DNA from: a virus
Lineage: Duplodnaviria > Caudoviricetes
Strand: one strand, 5' to 3'
DNA length: 24,977 nucleotides
IMG/VR virus record: IMGVR_UViG_3300007983_000017
Coordinates: 1 to 24,977 of that record
Positions within the stretch are counted from its first letter, which is position 1. Every line of letters starts with the position of its first letter. Below the pieces are notes generated by a model. That model did not search any database and was not told where the DNA came from. It saw only the letters and a program-made list of their open reading frames with translations. Position numbers and translations under genes: made by a program. Shown one piece after another: positions 24,079 to 24,977 of this stretch.

Positions 24079-24975
24079 TTATTTTGTTTTAAATTTTGAT
24101 TTTTGTAATTGTTCCTTAAGTGTTTTAAAGGAATCAACAACGCTTTTAGAATCACCTTTCTGTTCTGGTGATTGTATTGGTGCAGAACCCGATGGTGGAG
24201 CAGTACTCTGTAAAGCTCTTTCGAATTCCTCGACTGCTTTACTTTTACCTGATGATAAAATACCATCCCACTTATCGTCGAATACACCTAATTCGTTTAA
24301 GTAATGTAGTTTAATCTCGAAACTAAGAGGATCTTCCATACGCTTTTTCATAATAGCGTTTATTGGTTGACCTGTGTTTGGATCTTTATCTACAGCGGTA
24401 GTAATACTTTTAAAAAGTTTTTCTCTAGCTTCATCGCTAAGTTTTCTACCCGGAATAATTTCTTCTGTGCTATGTACGGTGTCTTTAAGCTTATCCAAAT
24501 CTTCTTTCTGACGTTTTTTCATGTCTTCTTCGTAAGCTTTTTGGTCAGATAAAAGTTTTTCTTCGTAAGCTTTTTGAGCTTTTTGTAATTCTTTACCATA
24601 ATTTAATGCTTTATCGTAAAGTTTTTCTGTATCTTTAAAATATTCCAATTGGTCTTTAATTTCATCTTCTGGAAGACCAATATTTTGGAGATACATTTCT
24701 ACAGCTTTTTCTTGTAATTTAGGATCTTCAGTAAATTTATCTTCTGTAAAATCCTTAACTGTAACAGCATTATTAGATACCTGTTGAGCCTGTTCCAAAG
24801 GAATGCCCGCATCTAACATTTCAATGAAGCGTTTAGCTTCTGGTGAACGTTCTTCAATAAAATTAGAACGGATCTCTTCAATACGCTTACTATTTTCTTT
24901 GTTGAGAAGATTCACTAAGTCGTCAGCAGATTTAACATCAGCTTCTTTAAGTGTATCTTCAGAAAGAATACCCCT
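24079..24975 (-). CDS. C-terminal part of the acidic helical protein upstream of the MCP (scaffold candidate); 5' end lies outside the window
   Basis: The frame stays open beyond the GTG at 24915 to the window edge (RGILSEDTLKEADVKSADDLV). E/K-rich coiled coil, ending 2 nt before the MCP start. Confidence 0.65.
   Translation of the reverse strand, partial: RGILSEDTLKEADVKSADDLVNLLNKENSKRIEEIRSNFIEERSPEAKRFIEMLDAGIPLEQAQQVSNNAVTVKDFTEDKFTEDPKLQEKAVEMYLQNIGLPEDEIKDQLEYFKDTEKLYDKALNYGKELQKAQKAYEEKLLSDQKAYEEDMKKRQKEDLDKLKDTVHSTEEIIPGRKLSDEAREKLFKSITTAVDKDPNTGQPINAIMKKRMEDPLSFEIKLHYLNELGVFDDKWDGILSSGKSKAVEEFERALQSTAPPSGSAPIQSPEQKGDSKSVVDSFKTLKEQLQKSKFKTK
24526..24576. repeat. 18-bp exact direct repeat (ttcttcgtaagctttttg) with a 33-bp period, encoding QKAYEE twice
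   Basis: Copies at 24526-24543 and 24559-24576. Confidence 0.8.
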
Positions 24976-24977
24976 CT

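Noticed and set aside
22915-24287. Same-strand alternate-frame ORFs 22915-23151 and 23898-24287 (also 5650-5838)
   Set aside because: They are nested in or straddle the MCP, scaffold or muzzle genes, with no recognisable features and no slippery site noticed to suggest programmed frameshifting.
24913-24915. GTG start given by the ORF track for the 278-aa protein
   Set aside because: The frame remains open to the window edge, so the true start is probably upstream.
1-24977. Stop-codon reassignment (TAG to Gln or TGA to Trp), known in some crAss-like phages
   Set aside because: Genes are full-length in the standard code. TAG (10873, 12133) and TGA (13476, 13883) occur at gene ends that overlap the next start, as expected for real stops.
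1-24977. CRISPR array, tRNA, rRNA, intron or intein
   Set aside because: Intergenic gaps are all under about 75 nt, with no repeat-spacer pattern or cloverleaf. Core genes show no interruptions or intein motifs.

Overview
This window is the virion morphogenesis and lysis region of a crAss-like bacteriophage (order Crassvirales, Bacteroidota host), recognised by eye from protein motifs and gene order; no database search was run. All real genes are on the minus strand, tightly packed and read in the standard genetic code. In transcription order (right to left) they are: a partial acidic protein upstream of the capsid gene, the major capsid protein, a conserved capsid-module protein, a tail ring protein and an auxiliary capsid protein, followed by a terminator. 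Next come Cys-rich hub-like proteins, two tail-fibre proteins and a lectin-like tip protein, then a lysis cassette (two membrane proteins, a T7-type amidase and an overlapping spanin-like pair). A three-gene DEDD exonuclease cassette follows with its own promoter and terminator. The region ends with a ring protein, an IHF/HU-like protein, the tail tubular protein, the muzzle/stabilisation protein, a second promoter, two ejected cargo proteins and the N-terminus of a probable giant virion protein. The most interesting observations are repeated [FY]xxGG motifs suggesting polyprotein processing of a cargo protein, a spanin-like pair with no lipoprotein cysteine, the insulated exonuclease cassette, a fibre-adaptor/adhesin pair, and a CNxNPCGC motif repeated across a gene junction. 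All functional readings of these are hypotheses.
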